Of a stretch of DNA of 40,155 bases, positions 28,560 to 38,023 are shown in pieces. The position numbers and the translations under genes are program-made. Source of the DNA: Gemmatimonadales bacterium (GTDB taxonomy: Bacteria; Gemmatimonadota; Gemmatimonadetes; Gemmatimonadales; GWC2-71-9). Where the stretch lies: contig JBFGJG010000039.1 in the NCBI GenBank assembly GCA_041577295.1, forward strand, positions 1 to 40,155, written 5' to 3'. The first letter of the stretch is position 1. Every line of letters starts with the position of its first letter. The notes under the pieces were generated by a model, which saw only the letters and a program-made list of their open reading frames with translations, had not been told where the DNA came from and made no database searches.

Positions 28560-30209
28560 ATGGAACGGCGTAGACGTGATTGGCTCAAATTCGGCGCACT
28601 AGTGACCCTGGGCGTAGTGTTCACTGGCGCAGTCGTTTCGGTCATTGATTTCCCCGAAAGCTCTGAGGCCCAGCAGCCAGCAGCGGCGACCATGACGTCG
28701 GCGACGGCCATGGTAGACGCACCGCAGCCGGCAATGATCACTGCCCCGCAGCCTGTGCCGCTGGCGGTAAATCCTACGCTCGACGCGCTCAGCGACGCGT
28801 TCAGCTCGGTCGCCGAGGCCGTGAGGCCCACTGTCGTCTTCATAGACGCGGAAAGCCGGCAGCGCCAGGCACGTCAAGGGGACGACCGTGAACGGGTTCT
28901 CCCCGAGCCGTTCGATCGGTTCTTCCGGCTACCGGAAGATCTCCAGGAACCGCGTCAACGCCGCGGGCAGGGGAGCGGCTTCATCGTTTCTCCGGACGGT
29001 TACATCATCACGAACAACCACGTCGTTGAAGGATTCGACCGCCTCGAGGTCACCCTGTTCGACCGGCGTCACTTCACGGCAAACGTCGTGGGCCGCGATC
29101 CCAATACCGACATCGCCGTGATCAAGATCGACGCTAAGGATCTCCGAGCCGTCTCCTTCGGCAATTCCGATTCGCTGCGCGTTGGCGAGTGGGTGCTCGC
29201 CATCGGCAATCCCCTTGGAGAGGAGTTCTCCTTCACCGTGACGGCCGGAATCGTCTCCGGCCGTGGACGCGGGTTGGCCGGTCTGCTGGCTTCCGAGTAC
29301 GGCATCCAAGACTTCATCCAGACCGATGCGGCCATCAATCCCGGGAACTCGGGCGGCCCGTTGGTCAACATTCGCGGCCAAGTGGTGGGCGTGAACGCCG
29401 CCATCGCAAGCCGTACCGGCTACTACTCGGGCTACAGCTTCGCCATCCCCATCAACCTTGCGCGCAACGTGATCGACCAGCTGATCGCCAGCGGCCGCGT
29501 CACACGCGCGGTCCTCGGCGTCTCCATTCGGAACGTGGACCCGGAGGATGCGGAGTATGTGGGCCTGAAGGAGATTCGCGGCGTGGTAGTCCAGGATTAT
29601 TCGAGCGATGAGAGTCCGGCACGACAAGCCGGTATCCGCCCGGGCGACGTCATCGTCGAGCTGGACGGCCGGCGTGTGGAGTACGTGGCCCAGCTCCAGC
29701 AGCTCGTTGGATTCAAGAAGCCGGGTGAACGCGTACAGGTGACCGTGGTGCGCGAGGGTGGCGAACGCCGGACGCTCTCGGTCCGGCTGGGTGAAGCGCC
29801 CATCGATGACGAAGCGCGGTTGGCCAGCGCGACACCGAACGACGCGGATGAGACCGCGACGTACGAGGCGAAGCTGGGGCTTCAAGTAGAGACCCTGGAT
29901 CGCCAGCAGCTCGCACGTCATCCGGGGATCCCGAGCAACCTCACGGGGCTCATGGTGACGCAGATCGACCCAGATGGCCCGGCCCGGGACAAGCTTCCCG
30001 AGACGAACCTGCGGGCCGGTAGGCTCACCGTCCTCACCCACGTGAACGGGGAAAAAGTGGAGTCGCGGGCCGATCTCGATCGCCTGCTCAGAGGTGTATC
30101 GGCCGGCGCAATCATTTCGGTTCGTTTCTCGACGGTGCTATGGGATGGGAGCGGCCGCTCCCGGGTCAACGACGGCGTCGTCCGGCTGCGTGCAGCCGCT
30201 GTCAACTGA
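28560..30209 (+). CDS. degP: HtrA/DegP-family serine protease with two PDZ domains
   Basis: GSGFIVS, TNNHVV, DIAVIK, IQTDAAINPGNSGG, PDZ segments SPARQAGIRPGDVI and DGPA. Confidence 0.9.
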   Translation: MERRRRDWLKFGALVTLGVVFTGAVVSVIDFPESSEAQQPAAATMTSATAMVDAPQPAMITAPQPVPLAVNPTLDALSDAFSSVAEAVRPTVVFIDAESRQRQARQGDDRERVLPEPFDRFFRLPEDLQEPRQRRGQGSGFIVSPDGYIITNNHVVEGFDRLEVTLFDRRHFTANVVGRDPNTDIAVIKIDAKDLRAVSFGNSDSLRVGEWVLAIGNPLGEEFSFTVTAGIVSGRGRGLAGLLASEYGIQDFIQTDAAINPGNSGGPLVNIRGQVVGVNAAIASRTGYYSGYSFAIPINLARNVIDQLIASGRVTRAVLGVSIRNVDPEDAEYVGLKEIRGVVVQDYSSDESPARQAGIRPGDVIVELDGRRVEYVAQLQQLVGFKKPGERVQVTVVREGGERRTLSVRLGEAPIDDEARLASATPNDADETATYEAKLGLQVETLDRQQLARHPGIPSNLTGLMVTQIDPDGPARDKLPETNLRAGRLTVLTHVNGEKVESRADLDRLLRGVSAGAIISVRFSTVLWDGSGRSRVNDGVVRLRAAAVN

Positions 30210-30226
30210 CGGCATACCTCTCCAAT

Positions 30227-30291
30227 AGCCGGCGTTTCGGCCGGCTTGTACATAGATCGAGCGGGCGGTCCGGCATCTGCCGGCCGCCCGC
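30227..30291. terminator. two GC-rich hairpins between convergent degP and the cox operon
   Basis: AGCCGGC-gtttcg-GCCGGCT (30227-30246) and GCGGGCGG-t-CCGGC-atct-GCCGG-CCGCCCGC (30261-30291). Confidence 0.5.
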
Positions 30292-30339
30292 TGCACATCT
30301 GCCTCGCTCTGACTATCCCGCCTATCCCGCCGTAATCAC

Positions 30340-30528
30340 CTATCTCCGCAAGAAACGATTCAGATTCTTCAGATAGTATGCCAACCCAAGCGTTGCCGCC
30401 GCGAAGAACACCCCGAGCAGAAGCAGCAAGGCGCCGCCTCGCTGCTGAAAGCTGATGAACGACCAGACCGCGAAACCGCCGGAGAACAGAATGGCGGTGC
30501 CGATGAGAAACCGATGGAAGAGAATCAC
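30340..30528 (-). CDS. small 2-TM membrane protein (62 aa), last gene of the cox operon
   Basis: GTG overlapping ctaB stop; MILFHRFLIGTAILFSGGFAVW...LGLAYYLKNLNRFLRR. Confidence 0.65.
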   Translation of the reverse strand: MILFHRFLIGTAILFSGGFAVWSFISFQQRGGALLLLLGVFFAAATLGLAYYLKNLNRFLRR

Positions 30529-31403
30529 GTGGCCTTGTCCAAAACCATGAGCCCGAGCAGAGCGGGTAAGTACAGCACCGTCGTGATGAACAACCGGCGG
30601 GCCTTGGCCGGACTGTGATCTCGCGCAGCGGCCAACGCGACCCAGATGAGCCACGAGGATAGGCCGATTGCGCCCACAAAGTACGGTAGACCAACCAAGC
30701 CGAGCACCGACGGGGTCAAGCTGACCGGCAGTATCGCCACCGCATAGAGCACCGACTGGCGGAAGGTCGAATCCGCGCCCTGGACCACGCTCAACATCTT
30801 GAGCCCCGCCTGCGCATAATCCTCACGGAATAGCCACGAAAGCGCGAGAAAATGCGGTAGTTGCCAAAGAAATACGATGGCAAAGAGGACCCATGCGCCG
30901 AGATCCAGGGTGCCGGTTGCGGCGGCCCACCCCCCCACAATGGGGAGCGCTCCTGGTACGGCACCAACGAGGGTCGCCAGAGACGTCCGCCGTTTGAGCG
31001 GCGTGTACAGAAACACGTAGCTGACGAGCGTCGCCGCTGCAAGCGCCCCTGCGAGCCCGTTGACTAAGATTGTTAGATAGATGATACCACCGGCACCAAG
31101 TGACCACGCAAAGAGCGATGCTTCCGACAACCCGAGCCGACCGGCCGGAAGCGGGCGATCACGCGTCCGTCGCATCAATGCGTCGACGTCACGCTCGGCC
31201 ACCTGGTTCAGAGCATTGGTGCCGGCCGCCACGAGTGTCGTGCCCAGCAGGGTGTGAAAGAGAAGAAATCCCCCCACCACCACAGTCGGTGTCGCCAGCA
31301 CGAAGCCGGCCGCGACCGTAAGCACGACCAAGGCCACGATCCGTGGCTTGGTCAGCTCGAGAAAGTCGGTGGGGCGAGATCGAGGTGCTGCGACAACTAC
31401 CAC
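30525..31403 (-). CDS. ctaB: protoheme IX farnesyltransferase (heme O synthase)
   Basis: LTKPRI, NQVAERDVDALMRRTRDRPLP, YTPLKR, WQLPHF, EDY; start approximate (GTG overlapping upstream gene end). Confidence 0.92.
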   Translation of the reverse strand: MVVVAAPRSRPTDFLELTKPRIVALVVLTVAAGFVLATPTVVVGGFLLFHTLLGTTLVAAGTNALNQVAERDVDALMRRTRDRPLPAGRLGLSEASLFAWSLGAGGIIYLTILVNGLAGALAAATLVSYVFLYTPLKRRTSLATLVGAVPGALPIVGGWAAATGTLDLGAWVLFAIVFLWQLPHFLALSWLFREDYAQAGLKMLSVVQGADSTFRQSVLYAVAILPVSLTPSVLGLVGLPYFVGAIGLSSWLIWVALAAARDHSPAKARRLFITTVLYLPALLGLMVLDKAT

Positions 31404-31678
31404 ACGTATTCCGTAATGACAGCGATGACGAGAACCACGGCGAGGGGAAGCGGGGCGGCGGCCAAGATCTTGAGTCGGGTGCCCTCGAAACGCAGATGCA
31501 TGTAGTACAGCGCCACGAGCAGCGCCTTCCATACGGCCAAACCGATGAGGATCAGGATAATCACCGTCTTGGGCCAGTTCTGGAGAAACGCCACACCGAC
31601 CTCTAGCAGGGTCAAGACGGCAAGCACCACCCAGATCGCCATGTAGGGGGGGTGCTTGGCATGTGCCTTCTGTTCCAT
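31397..31678 (-). CDS. cytochrome c oxidase subunit IV (caa3-type CtaF-like)
   Basis: Y..IWVVLAVLTLLEV, KALLVALYYMHLRFE; 3 TMs. Confidence 0.88.
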   Translation of the reverse strand: MEQKAHAKHPPYMAIWVVLAVLTLLEVGVAFLQNWPKTVIILILIGLAVWKALLVALYYMHLRFEGTRLKILAAAPLPLAVVLVIAVITEYVW

Positions 31679-31697
31679 GGTCGGTTCCCTCGCTCGC

Positions 31698-32378
31698 TCA
31701 GATCAGGTACACGATCGTGAACAGGATAATCCACACGAGATCGACGAAGTGCCAGTATAGCCCAATGACCTCGACACCGCGATGGTCGTCAACGGTATAT
31801 CCACCGCGGAATGCCTTGATCGTCACGAAGATCATGCACAACACCCCCATCGTGACGTGGAACCCGTGGAATCCCGTCATGGTGTAAAAGGTCGATCCGT
31901 AGAGCCCTACCGACTCCGGCAGCGGGGCCCCTTCCTTGAAGGGCAGCCCGGTTTCCGCTGCCTCTGCGAAGTGCGATCCAGCTAAGTACCCGGTGGGCAT
32001 GAACCCTTCATGTATGAGCTGGACGTACTCGAAGACCTGCACGCTCACGAAGGTTGCACCGATGATGACCGTGGAGAGCAGCCAAATCTTGAGCATCCGC
32101 TGGTCTCCCTCTTGGGCGGATGCGAAGGCCTTGACCATCGTGACGCTGCTGCAAATCAGCAGGAACGTGTTTACCGCGGTCACGGGGACGTTCAGAAGCT
32201 GCCCCGGTTCGGCCCAGTGTTCGGGTCGTGCAAAGCGGAGGATGATGTAGGCGCCAATCAGCGCCGTGAAGAACATGACTTCCGACCCCAGGAAGACCCA
32301 CATTCCCAACTTTTCGTTGTAGACTCCCGCCCCGGTCTCTGCCTGTGCGGGAGGCTGCATCACCGCTGCATGTGCCAT
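31698..32378 (-). CDS. coxC: cytochrome c oxidase subunit III
   Basis: KLGMWVFLGSEVMFF, NTFLLICSS, FYTMTGFHGFHV, YWHFVDLVWI. Confidence 0.93.
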   Translation of the reverse strand: MAHAAVMQPPAQAETGAGVYNEKLGMWVFLGSEVMFFTALIGAYIILRFARPEHWAEPGQLLNVPVTAVNTFLLICSSVTMVKAFASAQEGDQRMLKIWLLSTVIIGATFVSVQVFEYVQLIHEGFMPTGYLAGSHFAEAAETGLPFKEGAPLPESVGLYGSTFYTMTGFHGFHVTMGVLCMIFVTIKAFRGGYTVDDHRGVEVIGLYWHFVDLVWIILFTIVYLI

Positions 32379-32388
32379 TACCCCCCCT

Positions 32389-34143
32389 TTAGCTCGAAGC
32401 CGGTGCCTTGAGTTTCTCGACCTTGCGGGTCTGGAGCAAGAAATCCTCCTCAGTCAGCGGTGAGCTGAACTCATATGGGGCGTGATACACGACCGGCGTC
32501 GTCTCGAAGTTGCCATGCGGCGCCGGTGAGGGGGTGATCCACTCGAGACCGGTATCTTCCCACGGATTCGCACCGACCTTTTTGCCTTTGAACCAGCTAA
32601 TGATGAAGTTCGCCGCGAAGATGAACTGGACCGCAAACAACGCGATAGCGCTTACCGTGATGAACTCATTGATCCCTTGGAGCGGCTGCAGGAACTCGTA
32701 CTCCGTGGGATCGTAAATTCGTCGCATATGCCCGCCCAACCCAATCTGGTGCATCGGGAAGAACGTCAAGTTGTAAAAAAGGAAGGTGAGGCCAAAGTGT
32801 ACCTTGCCCCAAAACTCGCTCATCATGCGACCGAACATTTTCGGGTACCAGAACGTGATGGCCCCGAACAGCGCGAAGAGACTTCCGCCAAACAACACGT
32901 AATGAATGTGCGCGACGATAAAGTAGGTGTCGTGAATCTGGATATCCACGGGGGTGGAGGCCATGAAGACACCACTCAACCCACCGATCACGAACATCGC
33001 CACGAACGCGGTTGCATGGAGCATGGGCACATGGAACCGAATGTTGCCACGCCACATCGTCCCTAACCAATTGAACGTCTTGATCGCCGAGGGGACCGCG
33101 ATGAGCATGGTCGAGATCATGAACGACATACCCAAGGTCGGGTTCATGCCACTCTGGAACATGTGGTGACCCCACACGATCCATCCGAGGAACCCTATGC
33201 CCATGATCGCGAATACCATCGAGTGGTAGCCGAAGATGGGCTTCCGCGATCCGTTGGCGATGATGTCGGAAACGAACCCCATCGCCGGCAGAATCAGGAT
33301 GTACACCTCCGGGTGACCAAAGAACCAGAAGAGGTGTTGCCAGAGAAGCGGTTGGCCGCCATCCGGTGGGAGGAAGAAGTGCGTTCCGATCGTCTGGTCG
33401 AACAGGAGCATGATGGCCGCCCCGGACAGGATGGGGATGGCCAAAATCGTGAGGATTGCCGTGATGAACAGCGCCCAGATGCTGAGCGGCATCCGAAACC
33501 AGGTCATGCCGGGCGCGCGCATGTTGATCACGGTGGTGATGTAATTCGTCGAGCCGAGGATCGACGAGCCACCGAGCACCACGATGCTGACGCACCACAA
33601 CATCTGTCCGAGACTCACGCCCGAGTATTCCGCGTTGGCACTCAGCGGCGCGTACATCGTCCAGCCCGCGCCTGCGGCTCCGCCCTCCACCGCGAAGCTC
33701 GTCAGCATGATCAACCCCGCTGGCATCGCCACCCAAAACGACACCATGTTGAGCCGCGGGAACGCCATGTCCGGTGCGCCAATCTTGAGCGGGATCAAAA
33801 AGTTCGCGAACACCCCGACCAACAGCGGCATGATGGCGAAGAACACCATGAAGGTCCCGTGCATGGTCACCAGGGAGTTGTAGAACTCCGGGAGCATCAC
33901 TCCCTCAGGCGCCATCGTCTCCGGTAGGATTCCACCACCGGGAATTGGCTGGCCGGGGAACCCGAGTTGCCACCGCATCAAGATGGCCAGCAACCCCCCA
34001 ACACCGAGGAACAGCAAGCTCATGATGAGGAACTGAATCCCGATGATCTTGTGGTCCGTCGAAAAGATGTACTTCCTGATGAAGGACCGGGTATCGACGT
34101 GTGCGTGCGCAACCTGATCTAGTGCTGCTGCAGTCGTCGCCAT
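32389..34143 (-). CDS. coxA: cytochrome c oxidase subunit I, A1-type
   Basis: TDHK (D-channel), TMHG, WFFGHPEVY, WGHHMF, KTFNW (K-channel), VAHIHYV, MRRI. Confidence 0.96.
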   Translation of the reverse strand: MATTAAALDQVAHAHVDTRSFIRKYIFSTDHKIIGIQFLIMSLLFLGVGGLLAILMRWQLGFPGQPIPGGGILPETMAPEGVMLPEFYNSLVTMHGTFMVFFAIMPLLVGVFANFLIPLKIGAPDMAFPRLNMVSFWVAMPAGLIMLTSFAVEGGAAGAGWTMYAPLSANAEYSGVSLGQMLWCVSIVVLGGSSILGSTNYITTVINMRAPGMTWFRMPLSIWALFITAILTILAIPILSGAAIMLLFDQTIGTHFFLPPDGGQPLLWQHLFWFFGHPEVYILILPAMGFVSDIIANGSRKPIFGYHSMVFAIMGIGFLGWIVWGHHMFQSGMNPTLGMSFMISTMLIAVPSAIKTFNWLGTMWRGNIRFHVPMLHATAFVAMFVIGGLSGVFMASTPVDIQIHDTYFIVAHIHYVLFGGSLFALFGAITFWYPKMFGRMMSEFWGKVHFGLTFLFYNLTFFPMHQIGLGGHMRRIYDPTEYEFLQPLQGINEFITVSAIALFAVQFIFAANFIISWFKGKKVGANPWEDTGLEWITPSPAPHGNFETTPVVYHAPYEFSSPLTEEDFLLQTRKVEKLKAPASS

Positions 34144-34151
34144 GGACTCCT

Positions 34152-34838
34152 CTAACGGGAAGCTACGGTTTGATCCGCGGTCTGCTCAGCGAGCCAGGTC
34201 TCATACTCGGCCTGATCCTGGACCACGACCCGAGCCGCCATGCGATAGTGTCCCAACCCACACAACTCTGCGCAGGCAATGGGAAACTCCCCTGTTCGCG
34301 TTGCCTCGAACCATACCGGCGTGGTCATGCCAGGAACCGCGTCGTGCTTCACACGAAAGTCGGGAATGAAGAACGAGTGAATCACGTCCTCCGACGATAG
34401 GTGCACCACGACCGGGCGGTTCACGGGGATCTGGAGGAGATTTCGGGTCGTGAAATCATCCGCACTGCCCAACTCACCGTCTGGCCCGGCGTAGGTCGCG
34501 TTCCACTCGAACTGCTTGGCCGCCAGCGCAATCGGGATGGCATCCGGTGGGACGCTATCGCGGCCCCTGATGTGGTTCCAGACCCTCCCGCTCAAAATGC
34601 CAATGACCACCACTACCACTGCCGGCACGGCCGTCCAGATCACCTCCGCCTTGACGCTCCCGTGCGTGTAGTGCGCCTTCCGCCCGGGTCGAGCGCGATA
34701 CTTGATGATAAACCACACCAGGGCCACCTCGACGATCACGAAGGCCAGCCCGGTGATCACGAGAATCAGGTAATAGAGTCGATCGATAGATTCCGCGTAC
34801 GTTGAAGCCGAAGGTGGTAGTCCCCACTCCCAGGGCAT
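34152..34838 (-). CDS. coxB: cytochrome c oxidase subunit II (CuA; no fused cytochrome c)
   Basis: EVIWT, QFEW, DVIHSF, CAELCGLGHYRM. Confidence 0.94.
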   Translation of the reverse strand: MPWEWGLPPSASTYAESIDRLYYLILVITGLAFVIVEVALVWFIIKYRARPGRKAHYTHGSVKAEVIWTAVPAVVVVVIGILSGRVWNHIRGRDSVPPDAIPIALAAKQFEWNATYAGPDGELGSADDFTTRNLLQIPVNRPVVVHLSSEDVIHSFFIPDFRVKHDAVPGMTTPVWFEATRTGEFPIACAELCGLGHYRMAARVVVQDQAEYETWLAEQTADQTVASR

Positions 34839-34851
34839 TAGGCTCGCCTCC

Positions 34852-35616
34852 TTAGGACGTGGGTGCGGAGAACGTAAACTCGACGTTCACGGTCCCGGTC
34901 TCGGGAACGGTGACAGATTGCGTTTTTCGTCCCGCCAGCTCGTGCCACGCCTCGAGCTCGTACGTCCCGGCCGGCAGGTTCTGGATCGTGAACGCGCCGT
35001 TGGGACCGGACGTGGCAAAGAAGGGGTGCGCCATGACCCCGACGTAGGCGTTCATCCAGCCGTGCACGTTGCACTCAAACGGAACCATGACTTCGGCGGT
35101 GTTGAACGTGCGGGTCGTCGTCATTCCCGCCCGCGGCTGACTGATGTTGAACCCGCGGTTTTCGGTCGGCACAGCCTTGATGTTATGGAGCATCGGATCG
35201 CTGTTCATGATCTCGATCGGTTGGCCAACCACCGCACCAAAGACACGGGGACTGTACAGACAGCCCTTCTGATCCATCTTGACCGGAGTCGACGGGGCCG
35301 TGTAAGAAGCCCCGGCAGGGAGACCACTCTTCACATAGACGAAGACGTTACCGAGCATGCCCCCGTTCACTACGTACCGCGGATTGGTCGGCAAACCCTG
35401 GTACTGCTGGGCGCACTCCGGCTCCTCGGCCATATCGATCGTCGGATTGGCCGGCGGCGTGCCACTGAAGCGCACCATGCCCGAGATGGTCGCATTCCCC
35501 ATCGGACCGGTAGCGGTGCTTTCCCCGGAAGCCGACGCCTCACCACCTGAGCCAGCCTGCTCTCCACCCCCGCACGCAAAGCACGCCAAGACGGCTGAAA
35601 CGAGCACTCGTCGCAT
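34852..35616 (-). CDS. lipoprotein with cupredoxin-like core and carboxypeptidase-regulatory-like beta-sandwich
   Basis: Lipobox FAC-GGG, DQKGCLYSP, NSDPMLHN, ECNVHGWM, HPFFA..G.F.I.NLPAGTY. Confidence 0.75.
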   Translation of the reverse strand: MRRVLVSAVLACFACGGGEQAGSGGEASASGESTATGPMGNATISGMVRFSGTPPANPTIDMAEEPECAQQYQGLPTNPRYVVNGGMLGNVFVYVKSGLPAGASYTAPSTPVKMDQKGCLYSPRVFGAVVGQPIEIMNSDPMLHNIKAVPTENRGFNISQPRAGMTTTRTFNTAEVMVPFECNVHGWMNAYVGVMAHPFFATSGPNGAFTIQNLPAGTYELEAWHELAGRKTQSVTVPETGTVNVEFTFSAPTS

Positions 35617-35625
35617 TCTACCTCC

Positions 35626-37215
35626 CTAAGATGATTGAGCGGTCTGTCGACCGCGCTTTTGCGCTCTCACGACGACAACGATACCCACACCGGCTGTGAG
35701 CAGCATCGTGAGAATGGGCCACACATAGGCCGTAGCCGGCGTCGGCACGTCGAGATAGATCTGATACCACGCACTCACCGCTCCCCGAAGTCCCTCTTCC
35801 CCATTCGAGCCATCCGACGCGAAGAAGGCGATGGGAATGGGATTACCCGGCTCGAACGACAACGCCGTCGTATCGGACGGGACGAGCGACCGAGTGAACT
35901 GCACCTGCCATTGACCCTGCCCAAATTGTGCGGCATGCGTCAGACCGGAGCCGCCCGCAAACGGGACAAAGGTACCCAACCCCGTTGCGCTGCCCTCTTC
36001 CACTCGGTCAGGATTGCTGGACCAACTCCACGCGTAGACGGGACGGCGTGTGCTTCCCCCCAGAAAATAGGGGCGCTCCATGCCCTCCGACAGTTCCATC
36101 GGAAACTGCACCAGGAGCCGATCGGGGCCCTGCGAGGTCGGGATGGGACCATCGGCATCCGTCACGGAGGCGGCTACCCGCTCGAGCCACTCCTGCCAGG
36201 CCGGGTCCGGACTCGCCGATCCATCGCTCCAGGACACCTTCACCGCCAACTCCTGACCGTTGTGGAGTGCTTGCACCCAGATCCCCTCGACGGTCGGAGC
36301 GAACCAACGGGGCTTTAGGATGATCTGCCCGACCATCGGGAGGTAGAACCGCTCCGCTGCTTCCCACACGCTGTCAGCCGGGCCGGCCGGGAGGCTCTCC
36401 TCAACCCGTTCCGCGCGCACAACCTCACGGATCCGGGGAGGAGACTGCTCCGGGCCCAACGATCGAACGTACTGGGCCACCCGCCACAGCTGCTCTTCCG
36501 TGACGATTTCCGATTCCAACACGTCGCTGTAGGACGGCATCGGCGTACCGTTGAGACCCGTACGAAACCGCCGGTAAATCTCCTCCACGGTTCCACCGCC
36601 GTTGAACGTCCACGGCTCGGTCAGGTCCGCCGCGCGGATCGGAAAGTCCCAGTCGTCGGTGAGCGTCGGCGCGGATTGACCGTCGCCACGACCGCCTTCG
36701 CCGTGACACTTGAAGCATTCGAGTTCCTGAAACACCCGTGCGCCTTCGGCCAGACCTTCATCCGTCACTCGGGGCGCGCTGCCAAAATTGACGGCCGTAG
36801 GAGACGCGCCGTCGAAGAACCGAGAAAACGTCTTGATGTAGGCGACGACGTCGGACCGCTCTTGGCTGCTGAGACGGCTCGCCCACCCGGGCATCGCCGT
36901 TCCCGGCATTCCTTCATCGACCATGCGTCTGATGTCCCGGTCCGTCGGGAGCTCACCGCTGGCTGTGGTGCGAATCTGATAGTCCCCGCGCGTGAAGTCC
37001 CGCGGACGCGGGAGCATGAAGGCCGCCGCCTCACCGGTGCCGGCCCCGTCGTCGCCGTGGCAGCCGGCGCACCACTGGTCGTAGACCACTTTGCCTCGCT
37101 CCGCGTCCTGAGCCACACCTGCGGCAAACGGAGTGAGGATTAAAACCGCCACCCACAGCCCCGTCCAACGCTTCGCACAAAGGGTGGGCAGACCAATACC
37201 AGTGGGTCTAGTCAT
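35626..37215 (-). CDS. diheme cytochrome c with EbdC/DOMON-like domain and C-terminal TM anchor
   Basis: CAGCH and CFKCH, PRPRDFT, GMPGTAMP, GLNGTPMP; beta-rich domain V.ALHNG...WSD...D...QFP...W...FTRSL...PIAF..DGSNGE. Confidence 0.8.
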   Translation of the reverse strand: MTRPTGIGLPTLCAKRWTGLWVAVLILTPFAAGVAQDAERGKVVYDQWCAGCHGDDGAGTGEAAAFMLPRPRDFTRGDYQIRTTASGELPTDRDIRRMVDEGMPGTAMPGWASRLSSQERSDVVAYIKTFSRFFDGASPTAVNFGSAPRVTDEGLAEGARVFQELECFKCHGEGGRGDGQSAPTLTDDWDFPIRAADLTEPWTFNGGGTVEEIYRRFRTGLNGTPMPSYSDVLESEIVTEEQLWRVAQYVRSLGPEQSPPRIREVVRAERVEESLPAGPADSVWEAAERFYLPMVGQIILKPRWFAPTVEGIWVQALHNGQELAVKVSWSDGSASPDPAWQEWLERVAASVTDADGPIPTSQGPDRLLVQFPMELSEGMERPYFLGGSTRRPVYAWSWSSNPDRVEEGSATGLGTFVPFAGGSGLTHAAQFGQGQWQVQFTRSLVPSDTTALSFEPGNPIPIAFFASDGSNGEEGLRGAVSAWYQIYLDVPTPATAYVWPILTMLLTAGVGIVVVVRAQKRGRQTAQSS

Positions 37216-38023
37216 GCCCACCTCCCTCCGCAGCGCCCTCTTCCCACGTGCGCGGCCGCCAACCCGTCTGCTCGTAGAGATAGATGATGACAGCCCAGAT
37301 CTCGTCCTCGGTCAAGAAGTCTTCCCAAACAGGCATCGCCGAATTCCATGGCGTGCCCTCGCGGGGCAGCCCCGGTCCTCCTTTGGCAATCCGCCAGAAC
37401 ACGAAGCTCTCGGTGAGCTGTGCAATAGTTCCGGGATCGGTAAAGGAGAGCGGGAGCGGGTTGAAGCCATGCGCATAGTGGCCTTCGCCGTCCATCAGGT
37501 CTCCGTGACACGGCATGCAGTTCTGCAAGTAAACGCGTCGACCCTCGAGGTAGTGCTCTTCGATGGTTCCGCGATGGCGAAGCGGATTCTCCAGCCCAGC
37601 CAACTGCATCGTCTTGCCACGGAACGTGATCTGGCCCGGTGGCGCTGGGTGGATGGAGCGGAGCTGCACCGGGGCGGAGACTTTGGGACGCACCTGATCG
37701 TACGCCACGAACCCCATGAGAGCCGGTATGAGAACGAGGAGCCCACCCCGGAGCCAACGCTTGTTCGCATCCACCATCGTGGCCGTGATCGGCTCTTTGA
37801 ACCGTCGCCACTTCTCCTCATTGTCGCTCACGTAGATCAAGATGCCGACGAGCGCCGTCAGCACGAACTGGAGGACGACACTCTGGGGCACGGGAGCGCT
37901 TGGGATGCCGATCAGTGGCGGGAGGTATGCAATGCCGTACTTGAAGATGACGTATGCCAGTACGAGTAAGATGACGGCTTGCCAGAACGGGTGCCGTAAG
38001 ATCTCCCCTACCTTACCCTTCAT
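37208..38023 (-). CDS. membrane-anchored monoheme cytochrome c
   Basis: Three N-terminal TMs, CMPCH, distal SAMP. Confidence 0.85.
   Translation of the reverse strand: MKGKVGEILRHPFWQAVILLVLAYVIFKYGIAYLPPLIGIPSAPVPQSVVLQFVLTALVGILIYVSDNEEKWRRFKEPITATMVDANKRWLRGGLLVLIPALMGFVAYDQVRPKVSAPVQLRSIHPAPPGQITFRGKTMQLAGLENPLRHRGTIEEHYLEGRRVYLQNCMPCHGDLMDGEGHYAHGFNPLPLSFTDPGTIAQLTESFVFWRIAKGGPGLPREGTPWNSAMPVWEDFLTEDEIWAVIIYLYEQTGWRPRTWEEGAAEGGGHD

Noticed and set aside
26577..30041. Long antisense ORFs over dnaK and degP, and similar shadows over cox, pst and HEAT genes
   Set aside because: Typical antisense shadows of high-GC codon usage with no motifs.
30313..30330. CTATCCCGC direct duplication
   Set aside because: Only two copies in a terminator region; likely chance or slippage.
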